Shown one piece after another: positions 49,931-61,052 of a DNA stretch of 64,000 nt (position 1 is the first letter of the stretch; every line of letters begins with the position of its first letter). Made by a program: the position numbers and the translations under genes. The stretch is taken from assembly GCF_000143415.4 (NCBI RefSeq), contig NW_003314345.1, forward strand, positions 700,574 through 764,573. The letters run 5' to 3'. The notes under the pieces were generated by a model. The model saw only the letters and a program-made list of their open reading frames with translations. It was not told the DNA's origin and made no database searches. This stretch comes from Selaginella moellendorffii. Lineage: Eukaryota; Plantae; Lycopodiophyta.

Positions 49931-50074
49931 GCGATTCTTTGGCGATCACTGTGCTACTCCTGTGTTCCCGAAAGTAACAAAGTTTAGCTCTTCGATCACA
50001 TTACAAATCTCTCGACCTCGATAGTTTGTCAGCTATAGAAATCGAAACAAACCCGGAAAAACTCCTTTCGACGT

Positions 50075-51935
50075 TTAAGCTAGTCCGGCCTCCTTCAAAA
50101 CCTTTTCGAAAGCTTCGTCGTCATCCCAGGCCACCTGTAACAGAGAAGGCTTTAGAACCATCGAGGAAACGAAGCAAAGAGTCAGAGAAATACTGGTGGA
50201 ATGGTTTTCCCAAAGTGCTCCTCGATCAGAGTTAGCATCCTCGTGTCCTCCTGTGTGACAACCAGATTGAATGCGGCTCCTGCAAGCAAAGCTCTCACAC
50301 GTGAAACCATGCTCTGCTTGAATGCACTATCATTCTACCTTTTCTTCCAAATCTTCCACTTCGGCCGATGCGGTGTAGATAAGTTTCATAGTCCGGCTGC
50401 TTGTGATAATCCCGCGCGAGTGGAAGGTCGAAGTTTACGACCAAAGTGACCTGAAAAGCATCCGTAAGTCAGACACGGACACGAAGAAAAATACCTCAAA
50501 AGAAAATGAAAAACCACACCTGTGCGACGTCAAACCCCCTCGAAAGAACATCAGTTGAGATCAAAATCCTGGTTATTCCCTGTCGGAACTCGTCGATAAT
50601 CTTGTCACGGACGTCGGGTTTATATCCTCCGTGGATAGAACTGCACTTATGACCGTCTGCTTCCAGCTTCTCGTGCAGTTCGGTCACACTTCTTCGTGAC
50701 TCGGCGAAGATGATCGACTGCCCGAGCTTCTCGGCAATGGGGTAGATTCTATCCTTGAGAACCTCAAACTTGGCCCTTTCAGTAGGACAATTTACACGGT
50801 ACTGCTTGATGACGTCCAGCGAGAGCTCGAGCTTTTCGACGAATACTCGGTTTGCTATCGGGATGCTTTTGGACACGAAATTCTTCACCTTTTCGCTGAA
50901 AGTTGCAGAGAAAAGTAAGAGCTGCGGGAAACAGTCTTAGTAGGCAACTAAGAAAGATTAAGTCTCACCTGGCAACTCGGTGCTTGCTTGTTGATGCGTC
51001 GCAATAGCTTCATGGAAAAGTCACGAAACCCATTCTGCAAGGACGTATGAGATTGAGACAATCACAACATCATTAAAGCCTTACCTGGTCTAGCATATGG
51101 TCAGCTTCATCAAACACCAAAACATTCAAGTGTTGCACGTCCAAGTTTCTGTCGTTGAGGATCGCCCTCTCCAAAGACCCAGGAGTTCCGAAGATAACTT
51201 GGTCGTGTATATGTCCGCGGAGTGAGCTCTTGATATTTTCCGTAGGAGGTATGATACAGGTCGATGTGATTTGAGTGAAGCGTGCCATTCTTTCCAGCAC
51301 TGCTTGGTTCTGCGAGGAAAAGAAAAAGGAGGATCGATCGTTTACATATCACCGAGCACAACAAAGAAATTACGAACCTGGAGTGCCAACTCTCGTGTTG
51401 GACAAACGCACAGAGCTTGCGGTTCGTGCAAAGAAGTGTTGACGCGACTTAGCATGCCCAGAACAAAGCATGTAGTTTTTCCAGAGCCATTGTGCGCTTG
51501 AGCCACCAGATTGCGATGCGGGGGATTCATGATCAGCGGCAGCGTCTCGGCCTGGATCTTGCTAGGCCTCTCAAACTTCATCTCGGAGTAGATCCCTCTC
51601 AGCAGCGGCTCGGAGATTTTAAGCTCCTCAAACGTCTTGGCCGAGGTATACAAGCTGTTGCCCTCGACGAGCTCCTGTTTTCCACACACCAGGATTTCAC
51701 CGGCCGCTCATCTCCGACACCAATGCCATACCTTTTCGATCTTCGTCTCCACCTCGTCATTGAGCTTCTCGGGTTTCGGCTTCACGGGCGTGGCCTCCTC
51801 TGCTTTCGATTCGGCGCCATCAGAGATCCCTAGCGCTCCCAAATCCGCCAGGTCTGCTTCATCCGCCCAATTCGTCTTGGGAGCCGGCGCGGGCGCGGGC
51901 GCGGGAGTAGGCGCATTCTCCTGTGCTGGATCCAT
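50075..51935 (-). CDS. LOS4: DEAD-box mRNA export helicase DBP5/LOS4 (RH38), multi-exon
   Basis: [59 protein letters not shown]. Confidence 0.93.
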
Positions 51936-52022
51936 GATACTAAAGCCCTAACTAGGGTTTTACGCTTATAAAGAACCCTTTTTAAAAGCCATATTGTTCT
52001 AGCAGAGACTATGATCACACGT

Positions 52023-52094
52023 GGATCCGTGGCGCAATGGTAGCGCGTCTGACTCCAGATCAGAAGGTTGCGTGTTCGATTCACGTCGGGTTCA
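52023..52094 (+). tRNA. trnW-CCA: tRNA-Trp (CCA)
   Basis: GGATCCGTGGCGCAATGG...CTCCAGA anticodon loop, GTTCGA T-loop, downstream oligo-T Pol III terminator. Confidence 0.96.
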
Positions 52095-52365
52095 AACCAT
52101 TCTTTTTGTTTGAATTTTTTTGGGTCTCAAGTTCGATTTTCTGGTCCACATGCCACAAAAATCTCTCCACACATTCTTGCGTTTAAAACAAAGCGGGAAG
52201 AGAAAGAGAGAGCCACTCCTCCATTTTGGTCCGCGATCGCGCAGCTCACGGCGGCGCTGCTCTTGCCGAGGCGATCTATCGGTTCGAGGTATGGGAGCTT
52301 CTCCGGCGATGGCGATCTACAGGAGCTGGGGTTTCTCGTGATTCTTGGGGTTGAAGTTTACCCTC

Positions 52366-54867
52366 ATGGCGGCGGATCTTCGCAGAGAGTAAGTAGAGAG
52401 TAAGATTTAATCGTCTCATATAGCCTTCCTGCGATCCAGCTACAGCCACACGTTCCTGGATGAGATGACTCTCGGGGACGAGGAAATCGACTGGGCTGCA
52501 CTGAGTGGCTCTGAAGATTTCGTGAAGGAATTGCTTGAAATTGGGGAGGATTCGCTGGAATTCTCGGCTGCCGAGGACGAGCTCCGGAACCTTCAAAGCA
52601 AGCTTAACGAGGCTGAGTCGAGAGAGTCCCAGCTCAAGAAAGAGCTCAGCGCCAAGAACAAAACTTTAAGTCATCTAGAGGATGCCATGGATCAACTCAA
52701 GGTAGAACGAAAGTTTTTTTTTTTTTCTTCTTCTTCTTGTTTCTATAACGCTTTGGTTGGAACAGAAAGAACTTCTAGAAGAAAGAGCAAGAGCAAGGGA
52801 CGAAGCGGAAGACATGGCTCAAGAAATGGCGGAGTTGAGATATCAGTTGACAGAGATTCTCGAAGAGGAACGACAGCTCCGTGCACGTACTGAGCAAGTG
52901 TCTGTTCACAGAGTTGAAGAGCTCGAGTCTCAGGTAATGTGTTGCTTATTTCCTTCGTTATTGAATCATAAAAGCGCAGGTTAGACAAGCCAGAGAAGAG
53001 GCAGTAGCAGCACTGGCTCGTCGTCGGGAAGCTGAATGCCAAGCAGAAAAGGATCTCGAAGAGCTCCGTAAAGAACTTGAGGCTAGTGTTTACACAAAAG
53101 CTCCCGCTCTTTGCATTTAACAAGACTTTTTCTTTCAGGAATCTCGCCAACAGCTCGAGGAGACAAAGCTGCAGGTATTCCTGATTCATTTTTTTCTACC
53201 TATGTTGATTCTATTTGTTTTTGTTTTTTTTTTTCAAGGTGGTGGAACTTAATCAGCGAGAGTGTGAGAAATGTTCCATGTACGTCAGAGAAGTTACAAG
53301 CCTCAAGGAAGAACTTCTACAGCTCACATGCAAGTTCGAGGAGAAAGAAAAGGAGTACGAAAGGTTGCAACAGACAACGCAACCAGGCGAGGCCGAGGCC
53401 ACAGTTAAGGAAATCTGCGTACTTGACGATGAGTTTCATGGGGTGGTCGCTCCTGCCGAGGAGAAAGAGAAAGAGATTATTGTGCTGCATGACGAGCATG
53501 AACAGAGTGCTGCCAAAAACACCCTCGCGGAGGATTCTGTTGTCAAGGAGCCGCTGCCGATAATAGCAGAGAAAGCGCAAGAAGCTGAGCTCGCAACCGG
53601 TGACAGCAAACAGTCTAATGATCCAAGCGATGGTTTTGAAGGTCAGATAAATGCGTTTGAGAAGAAGCTTCAGGATATCCAGGCCTCAGAGATGCAGCTT
53701 CAAGTTGAAAGGAACGATCTGTGTCAGGAGGTGACGGAGCTGAAAAGTCTGGTTGAGCAAGTCAAGACGGAGTTGCAAGTTTCCACCGAGCGGCACACTC
53801 GAGACTTGCTGAAACACAGCGAAGAAAAGAGTTTGCTACAAGAAGAGGCGGCTTCTACACGAGCTTCTTTAGCGACCGAACTCAACCGGCTGCAACAAGC
53901 TATTAGCGAACGAAGTCACGAGCACGAATCCACACTTCAGGAACTCGTCAGATGCCAAACGGACCTGGGAAAAGAGGTTGAATCGGTTCAGCAGCTTGCA
54001 ACGAAAATCACCGTTCTTGAAGCAGAACTGCAATCGGAAAGAGCTCTTCGATGCGAGTCAGCCTCGAAGTGCATGGTGCTGAGCCAGTCACTGGACGAGA
54101 AAATGCAGAACCTTTCAACAATGGAGGCGGAGCTTGGTGTCTCCAAAGATGAGAATGAAACCGTCCGGAAGGCCTTGGAGTCGGCGGAGTGCCAGCTTCT
54201 CGAGTCAACGAAAGAAAAACACTCTCTAGAGGAGGATTTGCAGCAACTACGAGTTCTTACGCAGAACCAGGAGCAGAGAATAAGCCGGCTTCAGCAGGAG
54301 TTGCTGTCACAGAAAACAGGAAACGCTCAGCTTGCAAAGAAAGTTGGGGAGCTAAACTCGGAGGTCTTAATTCTCCAGCAGCAGCTCATTACGTGCCAGA
54401 CTCAAGCCTCCGAGATGGCGATGAAGAACGTCATCCTGGAAGACATGGTGGCAACGAAGAGGAAGAAGGTCAAAGAAGGCGAGGAGGCCATTATACAGCA
54501 GGCCGAGAAGATTGGGAAACAGGAGGAGAAGTACTTTAGCCTCCAGGCAAAGCTTTGCGCTCTCCAGAACGACTTTTCCGCCTTGGAAGCAAAGCTGAGC
54601 GAGACGAGAAAGCGGGAGCAAGACGTCCGTACTCAGATGGAGAGGCTGTCGCTGGAGCTGGCCATGGCGAAACAGGAGGTTGTAAAGTCGGAGGTGAGGC
54701 TCCAGAAGGCCGTCAAACAGGTGAAGGAGCAGCACGAAGAAAGGATCAACAAGCACAGGCAGAACGAATGGTTTCTCAACAAGAAGATCGAGCACCTGGA
54801 GCGATCCGACTCCGAGAAGGAGCAGCTACAGCAAGAGCTCCGGAGGATGAGAAGTAGCGGAGTTTAG
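52366..54867 (+). CDS. Long coiled-coil protein, multi-exon
   Basis: E/K/Q/L-rich heptads across several exons and a ~540-aa terminal exon. Confidence 0.75.
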
Positions 54868-55638
54868 ATGGAAGGAAGAAGGATTGGATTTGATAAGAGC
54901 ATCAGCAAAACAGGAGCTTCGCGAGGTTGGAAGTTGGAGGAGTAGCAGAAAGTGGAGAAGCTCGAAAGTTTTAGAACCGGCAGGATTTGGAGCTTGGACA
55001 CTGGACTGGAAGAAAAGATATCCTTAAATCTTGGAAACAGTGGAGAAGCTCGAGAGTTTTAGAACGGGCAGGATTTGCGAGGACAGTGGACTGGAAGAAA
55101 GATATCCTTGAAGCCTGGAAGTTTATGGAAAAGATCCAATTCGGCTGGAACTATGGAAGGATCGAATTTGGAGTGAGAAACAAAGAATTGGAAGCTAAGA
55201 ACTTTGGAAGAACTGTACAAGGTTTGAAACGTTGAAAGATTGTAACGAGGGAAGGGCCTTTTAAAACTATATAACGCCTCAATCTTTATGGCATGGAATA
55301 ATCGAGGGAAGCGGACGAGCCACGTTGCCCGTCGGATCTCAGTATTTTAGGGCTCTCTTTCCTGTTTGCACGTCAAAGAAATGGTGAATAGAGCGAGAAG
55401 CCGGCAGGGTTTCTCTTCGCTTCCTCGGCACTTAACGCGATCGATCCAGCTAGAGCATGCAATGCGGCTCCAATCCGGTAAGCTCCCGATGTTTCTTGCG
55501 AAATCTTTGCTTGATCTCGTGATCTGGAGCTCGGCGCTCCGCATTTTCTTGCGGTCTCTTGTCAAGATTCGATCGCTAACGCTCGCTCTGGAAATATTTC
55601 AGCCACATTTCGATCCCAGCCGCGGGATTCCGTGAAAG

Positions 55639-57288
55639 ATGGGAGCTTCGTCCCAAATCTCTGCTAGGAGCAAGGCGAGAATGGAGAAATCCGGCATGGG
55701 GAGGCCCAATCGCTGCCTCTTGATCCTCGGCTTCGTGGTCTTCTGGTGGGTGATCTTCTTCTTCAACTTCCTCTCCATCGCCACTCCCAGCGAAGATGGG
55801 GCTTCCAGTTCCAGATCCATCCACATTCCATTCTTTAGCTCGCGGCGGGAGCCTCTCAAGAGCAGTTACCCCAGTCCTGGCAAGCTCTCGCCATCGCCAG
55901 TGAGAAGGGTCGAATTCACGCCTCTCAACGAGCATCTATGGAAGCCGCTCAAGATGTTTGGAGCCAGAGACGATCGATGCGCTGGGCGATACGTCTACGT
56001 GCATCGATTGCCCAGAGATCTCAACGAGGGAATGCTGGACGACTGCCAGCATCTAAGCTTGTGGACCAACATGTGTAAGTTCACAGGCAATGCCGGGCTT
56101 GGGCCTCCTCTGGAAGACAAGGACAACGCTTTCTCCGACCGTGGGTGGTACGCTACGAACCAGTTTGCCGTGGAGGTGATCTTTCACAACCGGATGAAGC
56201 AGTACGATTGCCTTACGAACGACTCCTCCATCGCTGCTGCCATCTTTGTGCCATACTACGCCGGCCTCGACATCTCGAGATACTTGTGGGGTGTCAACGT
56301 TTCGACGAGGGATTCTGGAGCTCTGCGGATGGTAGACTGGCTCGTGAGGCAGCCCGAGTGGAGGAGGATGGGTGGACGCGACCACTTCATGGTCGCGGGC
56401 AGGATAACATGGGACTTTAGACGAAAGACCGAGAAGGAGGACGACTGGGGGAACAAGCTGTTCATCATTCCCGAAGTGAAGAACATCACTTCTCTGGTGA
56501 TCGAGGCCAGTCCGTGGCACTTCAACGACTTCGCCATCCCGTATCCAACTTACTTTCATCCGACCCAGGACTCGGATGTCGTGGACTGGCAAGTTAGAAT
56601 GCGGGGGATGGAGCGGCCGGCTTTGTTTTCCTTCGCGGGAGCACCCAGGCAGCAGCTGAGAAAGTCGATCCGTGAGCGGATCATGGACCAGTGCCGGGAG
56701 TCGCCGCAGTGCAAGCTCCTCGAGTGTGACTTCGGCGAGAGCAAGTGTCACGTTCCCAGTGCCGTGATGAAGCTGTTCGAGGAGTCGGTCTTCTGCCTAC
56801 AGCCGCAGGGAGATTCGTTCACCCGGCGTTCCATCTTCGACTCGATGCTAGCCGGGTGCATACCGGTCTTCTTCCACCCGGACTCGGCTTACTCACAGTT
56901 TGTGTGGCACCTCCCACGGAACCACCGCAAGTACTCGGTTTTCATCTCCGAGATCGACATCCGCAGAGGAAACGTGAGCATCGAGAGTGTGCTCCGACAG
57001 ATCCCCGCCGATGAAGTCCTCAGGATGAGAGAGGAGGTGATCCAGCTGATCCCGAGGCTGCTCTACGCGGATCCGCGGCAGCGTCTGGAATCCATGCAGG
57101 ACGCCTTCGACGTTGCGGTGGAGGCTGTTATTGACAAGAACGCAAACTTGCGAACGGCTCTCTTGCAAGGCAAGGATGACGACGAGCTGAGGAAGCTCCA
57201 CAAGCCCGAAGGGGCGGAGACTGACGAGCTTGATGGTTCAGAGGAATCAATCCGACGTTGGCAGTCTCAGGCGGGAAGAAAGAAGTAG
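55639..57288 (+). CDS. MUR3: GT47 (exostosin) xyloglucan galactosyltransferase MUR3/KATAMARI1-like
   Basis: CAGRYVYVHRLP, WYATNQF, GGRDHFMVAGRITWDFRR, FCLQPQGDSFTRRSIFDSMLAGCIPVFFHP. Confidence 0.9.
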   Translation: MGASSQISARSKARMEKSGMGRPNRCLLILGFVVFWWVIFFFNFLSIATPSEDGASSSRSIHIPFFSSRREPLKSSYPSPGKLSPSPVRRVEFTPLNEHLWKPLKMFGARDDRCAGRYVYVHRLPRDLNEGMLDDCQHLSLWTNMCKFTGNAGLGPPLEDKDNAFSDRGWYATNQFAVEVIFHNRMKQYDCLTNDSSIAAAIFVPYYAGLDISRYLWGVNVSTRDSGALRMVDWLVRQPEWRRMGGRDHFMVAGRITWDFRRKTEKEDDWGNKLFIIPEVKNITSLVIEASPWHFNDFAIPYPTYFHPTQDSDVVDWQVRMRGMERPALFSFAGAPRQQLRKSIRERIMDQCRESPQCKLLECDFGESKCHVPSAVMKLFEESVFCLQPQGDSFTRRSIFDSMLAGCIPVFFHPDSAYSQFVWHLPRNHRKYSVFISEIDIRRGNVSIESVLRQIPADEVLRMREEVIQLIPRLLYADPRQRLESMQDAFDVAVEAVIDKNANLRTALLQGKDDDELRKLHKPEGAETDELDGSEESIRRWQSQAGRKK

Positions 57289-58352
57289 AGATTGGTGGCA
57301 GGCAAAGCCCCGCCGCTCCTACGTCGACGATTTGTAGATTTCGTAGAGAGAATGTTTCGATATGGATGTGGAAGGAGGCTTCAAGTGTTTTAAAAGTTCC
57401 AGAGTTTCAGGTGTGCAATAAGAGAAATGGAGCGCGGATTCTTTTGAGAACTCGGCTTTACAAGAGGTTCTTACCTTTCGTTTCTCATTTACTTCGAAAG
57501 TTCTTCAACAACTAAATGAATTCCCATGCAGGCTTTTCTCTTTTTCCTTTTCAGTGGGAGACACAGAAGCACCGACTTTGAATACGGGAACCAACCCGGT
57601 TGAATGCTGGTAATGAAAGTTTCGTATCTAGTAGTAGTAACGCTTCCTCTGTCTGATGATTCCTCTTTTTCTTGCTTTTCTTCTTATAGATCCATGGTTG
57701 CTGTCATTCAATCCAGATTCCTCGGTCGCCATTCATGGCGGCTCCTTCTTTTCCTTAAACGTGACACTGGCACTGCTCCGAACGAGTTAAGGCACTGTTC
57801 CTCGCCTGGAATTGTGTGGCGACGTTTGCGACGGACAACATGCCTGCATGTGGTGAATAGTTTTTTCCTTGGAAGGTACTCCTGACTTGACTTGGCTTAA
57901 ACTTCTGCTATCTACTTTAACCTTTCTTTGTTAGTGCAGTGCAGCGCAGCAGCGGAATGATTCTATGATTGGAAGGAGGAGACGTGTTCATCCTAAAAGG
58001 ACGAATTCCAGTGAAACCGGACTTCTACAATTTGATGTCGGAATGGAACTCCAAGCTACATATTTTAGTGGGTCAGAAGGCCGAAAGGGTGATAGACACA
58101 TTTGAACAGCAGCCTGAGCGCTTGTACCAAAAATTCGGAGTCGTTTCAGAGATGACAACACAGGTACTTCAATTCAAGGCTGGTCGAGATGAGTTTGACG
58201 ACGCTATTGCAACATCTGCTCTCCCTTTGTTCCAGTCGTTGATAGACTCCACTGAGCATAGTGGAACTACTTTTGTGGCTAAGTCGGCTGGAGTACCCAA
58301 GTTTTGTTGAAGCTAAAGATCAGCAGCCTTTAGCTCGCGGCACTTGAGAACG

Positions 58353-59460
58353 TCGATTCGTGAGAGGATCATGGACCAGTGCCGGGAATCGCCGCAGTCG
58401 GTGGCGTGATGAAGCTGTTCGAGGAGTCGGTCTTCTGCCTACAGCCGCAGGGAGATTCTTTCACCCGGCGTCGACTCGATGCTCGCCGGGTGCATGCCGG
58501 TCTTCTTCCACCCGGACTCGGCTTACTCGCAGTTTGTGTAGTACCTCCCACGGAACCATCACAAGTACTCGGTTTTCATCTCCGAGATCGATGAGGATTG
58601 AGAGCGTGCTCCGACAGATCCCCGCCGATGAAGTCCTCGGGATGAGAGAGGAGGTGATCCAGCTGATCCACGCAAGACGCCTTCAACGTTGCGGTGGAGG
58701 CTGTTATTGACATGCGAACGGCTCTCTTGCAAGGCAAGGATGACGACGAGCTGAAGGGGCGGAGGCTGACGAGCTTAATGGTCCGGAGGATTCAATTCGG
58801 TGTTGGCAGTCTCAGGCGGGAAGAAAGAAGCAGTGAATGGTGGCAGGCAAAGCCCCGCCGCTCCTACGCCGACGATTGTAAATTTCGTAGAGAAAAGGTT
58901 TCGCTATGGATGTGGAAGGAGGCTTAAGTGATTTCTTCGTGCTTAAAGTTCCAGAGTTTCAGGTGAGAAATGGAGCGTGGATTCTTTTGAAACTCGACTT
59001 TACAAGAGGTTCTTACCGTCATTTACTTCAAAAGTTCTTTCAAAATAAATTCCAATGCAGGCTTTTTTCTTCTCTTTTTTCAGTGGGAGAGATAGGAGCA
59101 CAGACTTTGAATACGGGAACCAACTGGGTTGAAATGCTGGTAATGAAAGTTTCGTATCTAGTAGTAGTAACGCTTCCTCTATCTGATGATTCCCTTTTTT
59201 TGTTTTTCTTCTTATAGATCCATGGTTGCTGGCATTCAATCCAGATTCCTTGCCTGGCTTGTCGCCATTCATAGCGGCTACTTCTCTTCTTTAAACGTGA
59301 CACTGGCACTGCTCCGAACGAGTTAAGGCAGCTTGAAATTGTGTGGCGACGTTTGCGACAGACAACAGGCTTGCATGTGGTGAATGCTTTTTTCCTTGGA
59401 AGATACTGACTTTTAGAGACTTTTTAACCTTCCTTTGTTAGTGCAGTGCAGCGCAGCAGC
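58353..59460 (+). pseudogene. Tandem partial duplicate of the MUR3 3' end plus downstream intergenic DNA
   Basis: Collinear with 56664-57953, with deletions, frameshifts and stops. Confidence 0.9.
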
Positions 59461-59501
59461 AAAACGGGAAGTCCACCCTGGGAAACGACCGAGGATGCAC
59501 G

Positions 59502-61007
59502 ATGGCTTCTTGGTTTTGGAGCTGCAGTTGTGGCTGCTGGATGGTGGTCACGGTGATGGCTACATGGTGCCTCGTGTTGCTGCTGGTTTCTGAGTACTGG
59601 ATCGCATTGGACAAGGCTGCCGAGACTGAGATTGTTGCAGCCGCCGCGTCATACATCATTTCTACCAGAGAAACACCGAGCTCGAGGCTTCTTGAGAGGC
59701 GTTTGACAGCAGATAAGCGTCAAATAGGAGGGGTGCGAGCAGGGAAGAGGAAAACACGCTGCCGTGGAAGGTACGTCTATATGTACACGCTCCCTGCAAG
59801 CTTCAATCGGGGATTGCTGGAGCAGTGTGACAGGCTCAGCGTTTGGACGAATATGTGCCCCCACATAGCAAATGCAGGACTCGGGCAGCCTCTCAACGAT
59901 GTCGCTCTGGACCTCACGTCTCGAGCGGGGTGGTATGCGACAAACCAGTTCTCGGCGGAGCTCATCTTTCACGAGAGCATGAAAGGGTACGAGTGCCTCA
60001 CCAGTGACTGGAAGCGAGCAACGGCGATTTACGTTCCGTTCTACGCAGGATTCGAGATGTCGAGGCACGTCGGGCAGAAGAATGTGAGCGTGAGAGACGA
60101 GGCCGGGAAGAGACTGGGGAAGTGGCTACAGAGACAGGAACAGTGGAAAGCTTCCGGTGGCAGGGATCATTTCATGGTGTCAGGCAGGATCACTTGGGAC
60201 TTTATCCGGAGCTCGAGCAGTCCGGAGTCGTGGGGAAACAATCTCCTGCTGCTGCCTTGGACGAGAAACATGTCGGTTTTGCTGATCGAGGCTCGTCCCT
60301 GGCTGCCCAACGAGCACGGGATCCCGTATCCGACGTACTTTCATCCATCGACAGCGTCTCAGCTCCAAAGCTGGCAGCAAAGGCTGAGGCACTCTTTTAG
60401 AAGCAGGAGGAGGCGGTTGATCGGGTTTGTGGGAGCCGTGAAGGCCAAGAACTTGGTCCGGGACAGGGTTTTTGATCAGTGCCGGAAGTCATCGCAGCAC
60501 TGCCGGATGCTGGATTGCCAAGGAGAGAGCGGTGGAGAGTGTCACGATCCTCACAGGGTGATGGAGCTGTTCTTGAGCTCGACGTTTTGCCTCCAGCCTC
60601 GGGGAGACTCTTTCACTCGGCGTTCCACTTTCGATTCGCTGCTTGCCGGATGCATCCCGGTGTTCTTCAGCGAGTACTCGGCTTACAGCCAGTATGCGTG
60701 GAACCTCCCGGCGGACAGCAGCAGCTATTCGGTCTTGATACCGGAGTCCGAGCTGGTGATGGATGGAGTGATCGAAACAAGGCTTTTGTCGATCGAAGTG
60801 GAGGAGATCCAGCGCATGCAAGAGAAGATTGTGGAGATGGTGCCGGAGTTGAGCTATGCCGACCCGCGCTTCCAGGGAAGAACAGAATTTGTCGATGCGT
60901 TTGGAGCTGTGGTACGAGGCGTCACGAGGCTGGTAGGAGAGAAGAAGAAAAACGTCTCATTGAGGACGAAACGTAAAATTCTTCCGAGATTTACGGAAGA
61001 ACCCTAA
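59502..61007 (+). CDS. Second GT47 MUR3/XLT2-clade glycosyltransferase
   Basis: CRGRYVYMYTLP, WYATNQF, GRDHFMVSGRITWDF, FCLQPRGDSFTRRSTFDSLLAGCIPVFF. Confidence 0.92.
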   Translation: MASWFWSCSCGCWMVVTVMATWCLVLLLVSEYWIALDKAAETEIVAAAASYIISTRETPSSRLLERRLTADKRQIGGVRAGKRKTRCRGRYVYMYTLPASFNRGLLEQCDRLSVWTNMCPHIANAGLGQPLNDVALDLTSRAGWYATNQFSAELIFHESMKGYECLTSDWKRATAIYVPFYAGFEMSRHVGQKNVSVRDEAGKRLGKWLQRQEQWKASGGRDHFMVSGRITWDFIRSSSSPESWGNNLLLLPWTRNMSVLLIEARPWLPNEHGIPYPTYFHPSTASQLQSWQQRLRHSFRSRRRRLIGFVGAVKAKNLVRDRVFDQCRKSSQHCRMLDCQGESGGECHDPHRVMELFLSSTFCLQPRGDSFTRRSTFDSLLAGCIPVFFSEYSAYSQYAWNLPADSSSYSVLIPESELVMDGVIETRLLSIEVEEIQRMQEKIVEMVPELSYADPRFQGRTEFVDAFGAVVRGVTRLVGEKKKNVSLRTKRKILPRFTEEP

Positions 61008-61052
61008 ATCTCAACTGTCATGTTCAGCTGACTATCCTTTTTTGTGTCTTTG

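Noticed and set aside
51830-52084. 84-aa ORF MNRTRNLLIWSQTRYHCAT
   Set aside because: Antisense reading of tRNA-Trp.
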